Notes under the pieces: generated by a model
The model's database searches: none
Told to the model about the DNA's origin: nothing
What the model saw: the letters and a program-made list of their open reading frames with translations, nothing else
NCBI GenBank assembly: GCA_964520965.1
Contig: CAZFPM010000001.1
Coordinates: 1 to 49,048 of the forward strand
Direction of reading: 5' to 3'
Origin: an uncultured Myxococcales bacterium
GTDB lineage: Bacteria > Myxococcota_A > Bradymonadia > REDH01
Length of the DNA stretch: 49,048 nt
In this document: piece by piece, positions 27,058-36,822 of the stretch
Layout of the letters: each line of letters starts with the position of its first letter
How positions within the stretch are numbered: the stretch's first letter is position 1
Position numbers and translations under genes: made by a program

Positions 27058-29826
27058 TCACAGGGCGTCGCAGCCGTGGTCGGCAGCCCTGTCGCCTTCG
27101 ATGCCAGCAAGGCCTGGACCACCACCACCTGCGCCGGCCGCGCCGAAGGTCACGTCATTGGTGCCGAGGAGCGTCGGCACGGTGTCGACGCAGTAGAGCC
27201 CGAAGGCGACCCCGCCGGCTCCGCCGCCGCCGTGTCCGCCGCGTCCACCGGTCGCTCCGCCGCCGCCGGCTCCGCCCACGCCGCTGCCAGAGAGCACGAT
27301 GCCCTGGCGAGCGCCACCAGCGCCGCCGCCCGCACCGGGACCGCCGTCACCACCGGCTCCGCCGTCACCACCGGCTCCGCCGTCATCGCCGTCGATGCGC
27401 ACGTTCTCGAGGTGGACGCCGGTCGAAGCGACGGCGAAAAGCCCGAACGAGCCGCCGCCGCCGTTTCCTTCTGTCCCGTGCCAGCCGCCGCACCCGCCGG
27501 CTCCGCCGCCGCCGCCGCCGCCACCCCGGAAGGGCAGGATCTCGGGGCCGCCACCGCCGCCGCCGCCGCCGCCGCCCATGCCGACGAACCCGACTCCGCC
27601 GGGGTCGCCGGGCGTCGGTACCCATCGGTCGTCGACGACTCCGCCGGTCGCCGCGGCGCCCGGGCCATCCGGGCCCGGTGCTCCCGCCGCGGTGCGGGAG
27701 CAACCCGGCGCACCCGGTCGCCCCTCGTTGTCCCAGGGTCGCCCGTCTTCACCGCCGAGCCCGCCGCACCCGTTCGGCAGGCCGTTCTCGCCGTACTCGT
27801 TCGTGTTGCCGCCGCGCCCCCCGAGCCCGCCGTCCGCGTCGGGACAGGCGGCGTTCCTTCCGGCGCCACCGCCCGCGCCTCCGGCTGAACCGGCCTGTCC
27901 GGCCCCACCGGCCGCGCCGCCACCGCCTGCGCTCCCACCGGTGCCGTGGCTGCCGTCTCCACCGCGCCCTGCCTGGATTTCGACGTGCACGAGGGACAGC
28001 CCGGTCGCTCCGACCAGGTACGCGCCGTAGGCCGTGATGTCGGCCGGTGCGTCGGCGGTCTCCACCGTGACGAAGGCGATCTCGGTCGCCGTCTCGATCG
28101 CGCTGGCGACGAGTCCGGCGAAGCGTCCATCCGCTGCCTCTTCCGTCCGAACGACGGTGCGCCCGCGGTCGTTCCGCGCCCAGCCGGCGGCCGGATCGTA
28201 GCCACCCCACACCGAGACGCCGTCGAGCACGACGAGCGGGCCGGCGAAAATCCCCACACCGACCGCGACGCCGTCGATGTCGGGATTGATTGCGGCGGCG
28301 ACGGTCGCGACCTCCAGCGTCGCGTAAGGCGCCTCTCGCGTTCCATCACCCTCGTCGTCGCCGTCGGTCGCGAGGAAGACCATGCGCTCGGCGTCGCCAT
28401 CGATGCCGTCGCAGTCGGTGTCGTCGAAGGCCGGGTCCGGCCGGTCCGACTCGCCCGGGTTCACGTCGTCGCGTTCGTCGTTGCAGTCGTCTCCGTTGTC
28501 GACGTAGCCGTCGAGCGGCGTGCAGGCGCCGAGGCGTGTCGGGTCTCCGAACCCATCGCCGTCGTCGTCGGGCCAGTATTGCCGCGGCGATCCTCCGGTC
28601 GCCTCGCAGACGCAGACCCCGTCGTCGTCCTCCACCCAGCCCGGCAGACACGCGTCGCAGCGTGCAGTGACGTCCATGACGCACTCGCGGCTCTGCGGGG
28701 CACAGTCGAGGTCGTCGCAGACCTCGAAGAGCACGCAGGTGCCCGTTCCCGGCAGCTCGACATATCCGTCGACGCAGTCCGCGCAACGCGCCAGTCCGTC
28801 GCGGGGATCGCAGGTGCGGAACTGCGTGCCGCAATCGAGATCCTCGCAATCACGACGTTCCACGCACTCCCCGAGGTCGGGGTCGATGAGGAGCCCCTCC
28901 AGGCAGTCGCCGCACTCGGCGCCGTCTTCCGTCTCGCGGCACTGTCGGCCGGAAGCCGCGCACTCCTCGACGCGGCTGTAGGGGTCGCTCTCCGGTGCCC
29001 CGCACGTTCCGGGGATGCAGTCGCCCTCGAGCTCCGTGAAACCGGGTACACACTCTCCACACTGCGCGAAGCCGGCGACGAGGCGGCACTCGCGACCCTG
29101 GCGACGGCACTCTTCGGCCAACGAGTCCTCGGCACCGCGGTCACACGATGTGCCGCCGCTCGGGACGCAGCTGTTGCGTGCCTCCACCCAGTCGAAACCG
29201 ATCTCGCACGCGCTCACGCACCGCAGCTCCTCGAGCTCACAGAGTTGCAGTGGAACGCAGCCGATGTCGGCGCAGCTCTCCGGCTCGATGCAGAGGTCGC
29301 GATCGCAGAAGAGCGGTTCGTCGCACGCGCCCTCGTCGCACGGACACCCGGGTGCATCGGCGGCGCACACGACGCAGGTTCCGTCGTCGCACCGCAGGTC
29401 ATCGACACAGAAGTCCACGTCGGCGCACGGGCATCCGTCTGTGCCGAGCGGACAGTCGGGAGGGGCGCACAGATCGTCGACGCAGACGAGGTCGTCGATG
29501 CAGGCGTCGCCGTCGTCGCACGGACAACCGCGAGTCCCCGGCGCGCACGCCGCGTCGTCTTCGGAGTCGGCGGGCGTGGCGTCTGCGTCGTCCGCGCCGC
29601 CGTCATCCGGACCATCAGTGGCCGCGTCGGCGTCGGCACCGCCGTCATCCGTGGCCCCGTCGGCCTCAGCCACATCGACGGCGTCCGTCGGCGCGACATC
29701 GACCGCCCCGGTGTCCGCATCCGCAGCGTCGGACTCCGAGGCTGCGGGGGTCGATCCGGCGCAAGCGAACAGCGTGAGAGCGGCGAGCAGCACGACGCTG
29801 CCGACGAATGGTGAGCGCGACCACAT
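27058..29826 (-). CDS. Giant secreted lipoprotein: acidic tether, GCPC and CxxCxxG(F/Y/W/L) Cys-rich modules, MopE-like metal-binding motif, Gly-rich beta-helix-like C-terminus
   Basis: ATG at 29826 with GGAGG upstream. Lipobox LTLFAC. Three GCPC modules plus five modules of about 45 aa ending in CxxCxxG. DDDGDGFGD...DCNDERDDVNPG...DCDGIDGD. About 400 aa of GGxGG-rich sequence. Confidence 0.8.
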   Translation of the reverse strand: MWSRSPFVGSVVLLAALTLFACAGSTPAASESDAADADTGAVDVAPTDAVDVAEADGATDDGGADADAATDGPDDGGADDADATPADSEDDAACAPGTRGCPCDDGDACIDDLVCVDDLCAPPDCPLGTDGCPCADVDFCVDDLRCDDGTCVVCAADAPGCPCDEGACDEPLFCDRDLCIEPESCADIGCVPLQLCELEELRCVSACEIGFDWVEARNSCVPSGGTSCDRGAEDSLAEECRRQGRECRLVAGFAQCGECVPGFTELEGDCIPGTCGAPESDPYSRVEECAASGRQCRETEDGAECGDCLEGLLIDPDLGECVERRDCEDLDCGTQFRTCDPRDGLARCADCVDGYVELPGTGTCVLFEVCDDLDCAPQSRECVMDVTARCDACLPGWVEDDDGVCVCEATGGSPRQYWPDDDGDGFGDPTRLGACTPLDGYVDNGDDCNDERDDVNPGESDRPDPAFDDTDCDGIDGDAERMVFLATDGDDEGDGTREAPYATLEVATVAAAINPDIDGVAVGVGIFAGPLVVLDGVSVWGGYDPAAGWARNDRGRTVVRTEEAADGRFAGLVASAIETATEIAFVTVETADAPADITAYGAYLVGATGLSLVHVEIQAGRGGDGSHGTGGSAGGGGAAGGAGQAGSAGGAGGGAGRNAACPDADGGLGGRGGNTNEYGENGLPNGCGGLGGEDGRPWDNEGRPGAPGCSRTAAGAPGPDGPGAAATGGVVDDRWVPTPGDPGGVGFVGMGGGGGGGGGGPEILPFRGGGGGGGGAGGCGGWHGTEGNGGGGSFGLFAVASTGVHLENVRIDGDDGGAGGDGGAGGDGGPGAGGGAGGARQGIVLSGSGVGGAGGGGATGGRGGHGGGGAGGVAFGLYCVDTVPTLLGTNDVTFGAAGAGGGGPGLAGIEGDRAADHGCDAL

Positions 29827-30274
29827 GACGCCTCCGGTGTTCGAAGCCCTCGTCGCTTGGGCGGGCTTCGGGCAGTGCGGAGGATGTTGGCACAGGCGCC
29901 GTCGCGAGTCCAAGACCCACCGAAAGGGCGGGTCTCGCATGCTCGCTTGATGGGTAGTGGCCTGACTTGAACCGTAGTGGCCTACCTTGGCCCCCAAACG
30001 CCCGTGTTCCGCGGCATTCTAGCTCCTCACCACAGGAAGGGCGACCACTTCCCGCAACGCGCGCTCGATCGCGATTCGGGCCTGGGGGGTGTCTACGGAC
30101 CCCCCCACCTTCTTCCGGAGAGCCGCTTTGGGTTTCAGCACGAGGCGGTGACACCAGACCCACGAATCCACCTGGAGAAACGGGTGGTCCGCAGCAGGAA
30201 GGAAGGCAATGACGCGGTCGCTTTCTTTCCCCCCTTCGCAGCGATTGAGGCGGTGGCCACGTTCCGGCGCGCGA

Positions 30275-30832
30275 TCATGTAGCGACCCATTCGGCCAACT
30301 GTTCTCTGGCCCAGACTTCAAGGTTCAAGGCGTTGTCGTAGGCATGTCGGGTCAACGCCGCGAGAGCCGGCTTTTGCCGGTCCGGCTGGCTCAGCCCTTC
30401 CAACACCACTATGAAGGGGAGGTTGGCATGGACCCACCGGTCCGACGGGCAGGGGCTCCAACAGAAGAGTGCCTCCATCTCGATTGACGCCCACAGCGCG
30501 TCCGATGCCGCCAATTCCGCGATTTCGTCCGGACCGAGCGTAGCGAGCATCAGTTGAAGCACTATCTCGAAGTGCGCCTGCGTGTGCTCCAGCAAGATGG
30601 TCTCGGTCGCGTCCAGAAACTCCGACGCTGAGAGGATCGCTCGGGTTGTTTGGTCAAGAGCGGCATCCAGGAGCTCCTGCATGTCAGCGGTGTCGCGCGA
30701 CAACACCATCCGGGCGGTCCGCAGGGAGAGAAGGGTTAGACGGCGGCTGGCCGTCGGCGTAAGCCGATGCAACGCCTCGAGTGCCTCTTCACCGGTCGCG
30801 CGGGTCACGATTGGGTTCACGAACGCCCGCAC
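30275..30832 (-). CDS. Orphan helical protein, no recognisable family
   Basis: 185 aa, GTG start. Codon usage is more relaxed than in neighbours (ata, caa, aca, ctt) but still biased to G/C at third positions. Sits in the lower-G+C islet. Confidence 0.5.
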   Translation of the reverse strand: MRAFVNPIVTRATGEEALEALHRLTPTASRRLTLLSLRTARMVLSRDTADMQELLDAALDQTTRAILSASEFLDATETILLEHTQAHFEIVLQLMLATLGPDEIAELAASDALWASIEMEALFCWSPCPSDRWVHANLPFIVVLEGLSQPDRQKPALAALTRHAYDNALNLEVWAREQLAEWVAT

Positions 30833-31376
30833 CCAGTCGAGCCGCTGGCGGAGCAGATCCGGGTGGGACTCGGCCAGTTGCCGAGTCAGGAGGAAGGCTG
30901 GGGAGATCGCCGTTCACGGTACTCGCAGGGGCCTGGAGTCGCTCAGAGCGCGACTTCATCTAGAGGCTACGCACAACGCCGCGAGAGGGCAACGCCAACT
31001 CAGCCCCGGCCGCAGAGGCGGTCCGGCCGTCACACTATCCGAATGGAGGCACGGACTCTGCCCGGGGCACCCCCGGTGTCCACAACGACGTTCCATTGAC
31101 CCGGGCGCGGTGGCGCAACCCGCGCGGGCGAACGCGCGAAATGCCCACCATAGTACGTGAACCGCTGCCCGCGCTCGACGCTCACACTGTCCCACTACCG
31201 CTTGATGCGCGGAGTCGACTATGCGACAGATTCGCAAGGGCTCGGCAGCACTGCGGAGTTCCAGAGCAGCGGAAGGAACGATGAGAAATGCCATGGCCGT
31301 GCTCATCAGGACACCTCCGGCTTTCGAGCAGGCGCCTGCAGCTGGAGTCGGAAGACCGGGCGGGCCCTCACCGGCG

Positions 31377-31856
31377 TTGGAGACGTTCGCGACGCGAACC
31401 GTGGGGCTGGTACTGTGCGCCCTGATCGCCGGCTGCGGTGGGGTCGCCGGAGCGGGCGCGAGACCCGTTCCCGACCCGGCGGAAGAGGCGATCGGCGAAC
31501 CGACTCCACCATCGCCGGCGTCCGCCGTACTTCGCGTGCGGACCTGCGCTCCCGGCAGCAGCAGCGCATCGGCGCCGACGCTCCCCACCATCTTCGGCGG
31601 GGAGTTGCGCGTCGACATCCTGGCGGGCGGCGAGGGGTCACTCCCCGTTCTCGTCACGCGATGTGTGGCCAAGGCCCGCGATTGGACGGCGGTGTTCCTG
31701 TCGTGCGCCACCTCGACGGCGGAGTCGGACGTGCTCCAGTGCGAGATCGATAACGTCCTCGAGATCGGGCGACCGATCTCCTGCGAGCTGGTCACGGACT
31801 CTGGGGTCGTGCTCGAGCGCTCGATCGACCTCGTCTCGGTAGAGCCCCGGCGTTGA
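31377..31856 (+). CDS. Small Cys-containing lipoprotein
   Basis: Within track ORF 31221..31856. Third-position G+C turns coding-like only from TTG 31377 (alternative GTG 31401). Lipobox ALIAGC. Confidence 0.5.
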   Translation: METFATRTVGLVLCALIAGCGGVAGAGARPVPDPAEEAIGEPTPPSPASAVLRVRTCAPGSSSASAPTLPTIFGGELRVDILAGGEGSLPVLVTRCVAKARDWTAVFLSCATSTAESDVLQCEIDNVLEIGRPISCELVTDSGVVLERSIDLVSVEPRR

Positions 31857-31969
31857 GGGCCTGACCGGGACGGGCGGCGGCCGGTCTCCGCGCCGGGACT
31901 CGAGCGAGAGCGTGGCGCGGTAGCGCCCTCGTCTGGTAACTCGGGCCGACCTCCCCACCCGGATGCTTC

Positions 31970-34165
31970 ATGCGCCACCGCCTGTTGCTCGTCGCTCTTC
32001 TGATCTCCACGGCCTCCGCAGCCCACGCCGAAGAAGGCATGTGGCTGCCGGAGCAGCTCCCGGCGCTGGCCGACGAACTGGACACCCTCGGGCTCGAGCT
32101 CGACCCCGACGTACTCTCCGACCTGCGGGAGTGGCCCCTGGCCGCGGTGGTCAGCCTCGGCGGCTGCAGCGCGTCGTTCGTCTCCGAGACCGGCCTGGTC
32201 GTCACCAATCACCACTGCGCGGTGGGGGCGCTGCAGCTCAACTCCACGCCCGAGGCGAATATCCTCGAGGACGGGTTCTTCGCCGAGACGGCGGCCGACG
32301 AGCTGTGGGCGGGACCCGGCTCGCGGGTCTACGTGACCGAGTCGCTGACCGACGTGACCGAGCGGGTGCTGTCGTCGGTGACTTCGGAGATGGACGACCA
32401 GGCACGTTTCGACGCCCTCGATCGTGCCGAGAAGGAGCTGGTGGCGGAGTGCGAGATCGACGACGGTTATCGGTGCGCGGTCGCCCGTTACTTCGGTGGA
32501 GATTCGTTCCGCCTGGTTCGTCAACTCGAGATCGAAGACGTGCGCATCGTGTATGCGCCGCCGTCGATGGTCGGGTTCTATGGTGGGGACGACGACAACT
32601 GGATGTGGCCGCGACACGCCGGGGACTTCGCGTTCTTCCGGGCCTACGTCGCGCCGGACGGCACCCCGGCTGCCCACGCCGAAGACAACGTGCCCTACGA
32701 GCCGGCCCACCATCTCGCGATCACCACGACCGACCTCGACGAGGGCGACTTCGTCATGGTGGCCGGCTACCCGCACCGGACGAACCGTCTGCGTACGGGC
32801 GACGAATTGGCCCACGCGCGAGACGTCACCTACCCGTGGAACATCGCGACCATGGAGGAGATGGTCGCGGTCATCAACGAGGTGGGTGCGGCCGACGAAG
32901 AGGCGGCCGTACGGCTGAGCGGGTTCTTGTTCGGGGTCGAGAACTACCTGAAGAACAACCGCGGCATGCTCGACGGCTTTCAGGCCAGCGGCGCCGTCGA
33001 GCGGACGCTGGCGCGCGACGCAGCCCTCGTCGAGTCGCTGACCGGATCGGACGGCCCCGAGTCCACCGGCTGGGAGGCGGCGATCACGGAGCTCGTCGAC
33101 GTGATCGAGGTCGGCCGCGTCTCCGAGGAGCGTGACCGGCTCCTCGGGTGGATGGGCTGGGGCGTCGATCTCCTGTCGATCGCCAACACCTCTCTCTGGC
33201 TCGCGCACGAGCGCGGCAAGCCGGACCTGGAGCGAGACAGCGGCTACCAGGAGCGCGACTGGCCGCGCATCCGCGAGCGCTTCGAGCGCCTCGATCGTTC
33301 GTTCGTCGCCGAGGCCGACCGCCGCTTCCTCGCCTACTTCATGCGGCGGCTCGACGAGCTCGACGATCCGACCGTCGAATCGGTCGTCGAGCTCTTCCTG
33401 TCGTTCGCTGGCGACGACGAGACCGACGACCCGCATCGCGCCGCAGCCGAGGCGGTCTACGCGCAGACGTTTCTGATCGACGCGGCGGAGCGGCTGGCGC
33501 TGCTCGAGGCGCCGGTCGAGGACTTCGAGCACAGCCGGGACCCGATCCTCCAGCTCGCCGCGGCGCTCTACCCCATCTGGCGGGAGCGCGCCGACCGGGA
33601 TGAGGCGTTGAGCGGGGCCTCCTCACGTCTGCGACCGCAATACATCGCCGCCCTCCGCGAGTTCTCGCCGATGCTGGTCTACCCCGACGCCAACGGGACC
33701 CTCCGGGTGACCTACGGGCTCGTGCGCGGCTACAGCCCCCGAGACGCGGTGTGGCATCAGTCCTTCACGACGGTCGAGGGCATCGTCGAGAAGCACCGGG
33801 ACGCGGACCCCTTCGACGCCCCCGACGACGTGCTCTCCGCGATCGCCGAGCAGGAGTGGGGGCCCTATGCGGACCCCGAGCTCGGCTCGGTCCCGGTCGA
33901 CTTCCTCTCCACCCTCGACACCACGGGCGGGAACTCGGGATCCGTCACCTTCAACGCGCGCGGTGAGCTCTGCGGACTCCTCTTCGACGGGAACTACGAA
34001 TCGATGGGGAGCGATTGGGTCTTCGACCCGGTGTCGACGCGATCGATCCACGTGAGCTCCCAGTACATGCTCTGGACGCTCGACCGCGTCGACGGCGCCC
34101 ACCGGCTCCTGCGCGAAATGGGGATCGATCCAGCGTTCGGCGGGGGAGACGGAGCTGAGCCATGA
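31970..34165 (+). CDS. Peptidase S46 (dipeptidyl-peptidase 7/11-like serine peptidase)
   Basis: Signal peptide ...ASAAHA followed by EEGMWLPEQL. GCSASFVSETGLVVTNHHC (catalytic His) and TTGGNSGS (catalytic Ser). Confidence 0.92.
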   Translation: MRHRLLLVALLISTASAAHAEEGMWLPEQLPALADELDTLGLELDPDVLSDLREWPLAAVVSLGGCSASFVSETGLVVTNHHCAVGALQLNSTPEANILEDGFFAETAADELWAGPGSRVYVTESLTDVTERVLSSVTSEMDDQARFDALDRAEKELVAECEIDDGYRCAVARYFGGDSFRLVRQLEIEDVRIVYAPPSMVGFYGGDDDNWMWPRHAGDFAFFRAYVAPDGTPAAHAEDNVPYEPAHHLAITTTDLDEGDFVMVAGYPHRTNRLRTGDELAHARDVTYPWNIATMEEMVAVINEVGAADEEAAVRLSGFLFGVENYLKNNRGMLDGFQASGAVERTLARDAALVESLTGSDGPESTGWEAAITELVDVIEVGRVSEERDRLLGWMGWGVDLLSIANTSLWLAHERGKPDLERDSGYQERDWPRIRERFERLDRSFVAEADRRFLAYFMRRLDELDDPTVESVVELFLSFAGDDETDDPHRAAAEAVYAQTFLIDAAERLALLEAPVEDFEHSRDPILQLAAALYPIWRERADRDEALSGASSRLRPQYIAALREFSPMLVYPDANGTLRVTYGLVRGYSPRDAVWHQSFTTVEGIVEKHRDADPFDAPDDVLSAIAEQEWGPYADPELGSVPVDFLSTLDTTGGNSGSVTFNARGELCGLLFDGNYESMGSDWVFDPVSTRSIHVSSQYMLWTLDRVDGAHRLLREMGIDPAFGGGDGAEP

Positions 34166-36681
34166 GCGTTCGCATGACCCGCTCGGACACACCCGTGGTT
34201 CCCGGTGCGTCTTGCGTTCACCCGGCTCGCCGCTCGCTGATCGTGGCGATTTGTGCGGTCGTGCTCGCCTGCGGCGGCGATGGTCCCGCGGGATCCGACG
34301 ACGCCGATGCCACCGCCGACGTGACCCCGGAGACCGGCACCGACGTGCTCGACGACGGCGCGCCCGCCGACGTGCCCGCCGACGGTGGAGATGCCGCCGA
34401 CACGCCGCCCGACGGATCTCCGGACGGCGGCGATGCCTCCGACACGGCGCCCGACGCGGCCGACACGCCGGCCGAGGTGGAGCCCGACACCCGCGGCCTC
34501 GACCCGACGGCGCTCACGACGCTCGACGAGGCGATGGAAGCCATCGACGTGTTCATCGGGGGCGGTGGTGTCGCGTTCGGGTACGCATCCCTGACCCCCG
34601 CCGCACAGCGTCCGCTCGGGCTCGTCGTGCTCGGTCCGGACACGACGATTCGCGGCTCGCACGCTCCGCAGAACCACTTCTCGGGATACTACGACCTCGA
34701 CCCGGACGTCCGGGGTTTCAGCCACCTGCACCTGGTCGGGACCGGGGCCGCCGACCTCGGCAACCTGCGGGTACTTCCCCTCGTGTCTCTCGACGACACC
34801 GAGCCGTGGCGTCGTTGGACCGCGTTGCCGGCAGACGCGGAGCGCGCTCGCCCGGGCCTCTACGAAGCGACCCTCCACGATGGTGCGGTGGAGGTCGCGC
34901 TGACGGTGACGGAGTTCGGCGCGGTTCATCAATACACCTTCGACGGTGTCGATCGGGGGTGGATCCAGATCGATCCGGCATCGAGCGTGACGGACACCGA
35001 CGAGGTGGCGGCAGAGATCGCGTTCACCGATGGTGAGGTCGTCGGCGAGGCGGAGTTCCGGGGCGGCTACGTCGGTAGGAGCCGTCCGTTCACCCTGTAC
35101 TTCGTCATCCGACCTTCGGAGGCGCCCGCGTCGGTTCAGGTCTGGGACGGCGACGGCACGCGCGGGGGAACCGAGGCCGCCGGCTCCAGGGCGGGCGTCT
35201 TGCTCGGCTACGACGAGCCGGAGACGATCGAGCTGAGAGTCGGGCTCTCGCTGGTCGATCTCGACAACGCGCGCGCGAACCTCGCCGCCGAGATCGGCGA
35301 TCGCTCGTTCGACGATCTCGTCGTCGAGGCCGACGGGGCGTGGCGCGAGAAGCTGCGGATTCTGCGCGTGGCCGGAGGCACCGAGCGCCAACGGCGGATC
35401 CTCTTCTCGGCGCTCTACAACACCTACCGGATGCCCACCCGGCTCGACGAGCCCGACGGGCGCTACCGCGGGCTCGACGGAGAGGTGCACGAGATCGACG
35501 ACGGCGCCTACTACACCAACCTCTCGCTTTGGGACACGTTCCGCACGCTGCATCCGTGGTGGGAGCTGGTCGATCCGGTCGCGCAGCGCGATTCGCTCCG
35601 CTCGCTCCTGCTGATGTACGAGCAGGGCGGACAGGGCATGCCTCGGTGGCCGGCGATGCTGAGCTACACCCGCGGCATGATCGGCGAGAGTGCCGATATC
35701 CTCTTCGGCGGCAGCGCCGCGAAGGGCCTCGACGGCATCGACTGGGACGCGGCGTTCGACGCGCTCTGGAGGTCGAACTACGGGCGCACGTTCGAGGAGC
35801 CGGTTCCGCTCGGTCGCGACGGCGTCGACGACTACGTGACCCTCGGTTACCTGCCGATCGACCGTCACGGCGAGGCGGTCTCGAAGACACTCGAGTACGC
35901 GTGGAACGACTTCGGACTCGCCAACCTGGCGGCCCTGGCCGGACGCCCGGAAGAGGAAGCGCTCCTGCGCGATCGCAGCCGCGGTTTCATGAATCTGTAC
36001 GACCCTGACAGTGGCTTCCTGATGCCGCGGAACGCTGACGGTTCGTTCGTCGAAGGGCTGGATCCAATTCGGGTCGGCCAGCGGGAAGGGGCTTTCACCG
36101 AGGGCTCCGCGTGGCATTGGCGCTTCTACGCGTTCCACGACCCCCAACCCCTCGTCGATGCGCTCGGGGAAGAGGCGTTCACCCAGGCGCTCGAGGACTT
36201 CTTCACGCGGTCCGCGCTGGGGCGGCCCGGCCCGGTATCGACTGCGCTCCCCGACCCATACTACTGGCACGGCAACGAGCCGGCGATCCATGTCGCCTAT
36301 CTCTTCCATGCGGTCGACCGTTACGATCGCGTCGCCCATTGGGTGCGGGAGATCCAGCTCCGGCTCTACGGCGACGGCCCCGACGGGCTCCCGGGGAACG
36401 ACGACGGCGGCACGATGTCGTCGTGGTTCCTCTTCAGTGCCCTCGGTCTCTACCCGGTCGCCGGTTCGGACCTCTACGTGCTCGGCACGCCGCTCTTCCC
36501 GCTCGCCGAGCTCGACCTCGGCGACGGCTCGACGCTCACGATCGAGGCGCCCGGCGCCGACGCCGACGTCCGGTACGTACGTTCGGTGACGCTGAACGGC
36601 GAGCGGGTGGAGGGCGACCGCGTGCGCCACGTGGACCTGTCCGGGAGCACGTTGCGCTTCGAGATGAGCGCCACGCCGTGA
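34162..36681 (+). CDS. Glycoside hydrolase family 92 alpha-mannosidase, lipoprotein
   Basis: ATGA overlap with the S46 stop. Lipobox VVLAC, then an acidic D/A/T/P tether. GH92 blocks: LSLWDTFRTLHPW, LEYAWNDFGLANLA, EGSAWHWRFY, YYWHGNEP, GLPGNDDGGTMSSW. Confidence 0.92.
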   Translation: MSVRMTRSDTPVVPGASCVHPARRSLIVAICAVVLACGGDGPAGSDDADATADVTPETGTDVLDDGAPADVPADGGDAADTPPDGSPDGGDASDTAPDAADTPAEVEPDTRGLDPTALTTLDEAMEAIDVFIGGGGVAFGYASLTPAAQRPLGLVVLGPDTTIRGSHAPQNHFSGYYDLDPDVRGFSHLHLVGTGAADLGNLRVLPLVSLDDTEPWRRWTALPADAERARPGLYEATLHDGAVEVALTVTEFGAVHQYTFDGVDRGWIQIDPASSVTDTDEVAAEIAFTDGEVVGEAEFRGGYVGRSRPFTLYFVIRPSEAPASVQVWDGDGTRGGTEAAGSRAGVLLGYDEPETIELRVGLSLVDLDNARANLAAEIGDRSFDDLVVEADGAWREKLRILRVAGGTERQRRILFSALYNTYRMPTRLDEPDGRYRGLDGEVHEIDDGAYYTNLSLWDTFRTLHPWWELVDPVAQRDSLRSLLLMYEQGGQGMPRWPAMLSYTRGMIGESADILFGGSAAKGLDGIDWDAAFDALWRSNYGRTFEEPVPLGRDGVDDYVTLGYLPIDRHGEAVSKTLEYAWNDFGLANLAALAGRPEEEALLRDRSRGFMNLYDPDSGFLMPRNADGSFVEGLDPIRVGQREGAFTEGSAWHWRFYAFHDPQPLVDALGEEAFTQALEDFFTRSALGRPGPVSTALPDPYYWHGNEPAIHVAYLFHAVDRYDRVAHWVREIQLRLYGDGPDGLPGNDDGGTMSSWFLFSALGLYPVAGSDLYVLGTPLFPLAELDLGDGSTLTIEAPGADADVRYVRSVTLNGERVEGDRVRHVDLSGSTLRFEMSATP

Positions 36682-36822
36682 CCACCGCGGCGTATCCGAT
36701 CTGGCCTGGAGCGAAGACGCTGGTACCGAGGACCCGCTCGCAGGCGCCGACGCCTTACGGTGAGCGCCCTCAGTTGCTACTCTAGAGGGGTCCGCTCGCA
36801 GCCTTCCAACCCCCGCCCGACG

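Noticed and set aside
29836-29848. tRNA T-loop-like GGTGTTCGAAGCC.
   Set aside because: The flanking bases cannot form T-stem, acceptor or anticodon arms on either strand. It lies in the 5' leader/RBS region of the lipoprotein gene.
30019-30321. 100-codon minus-strand ORF. Its C-terminal part (..LKPKAALRKKVGGSVDTPQARIAIERALREVV..) faintly resembles VapB-type antitoxins.
   Set aside because: It has a TTG start overlapping the 185-aa ORF by 47 nt. There is no usable internal start before the similar segment except GTGs that give 40-50 aa peptides. No PIN/VapC-like ORF lies downstream, and the similarity is too weak to call without a profile search.
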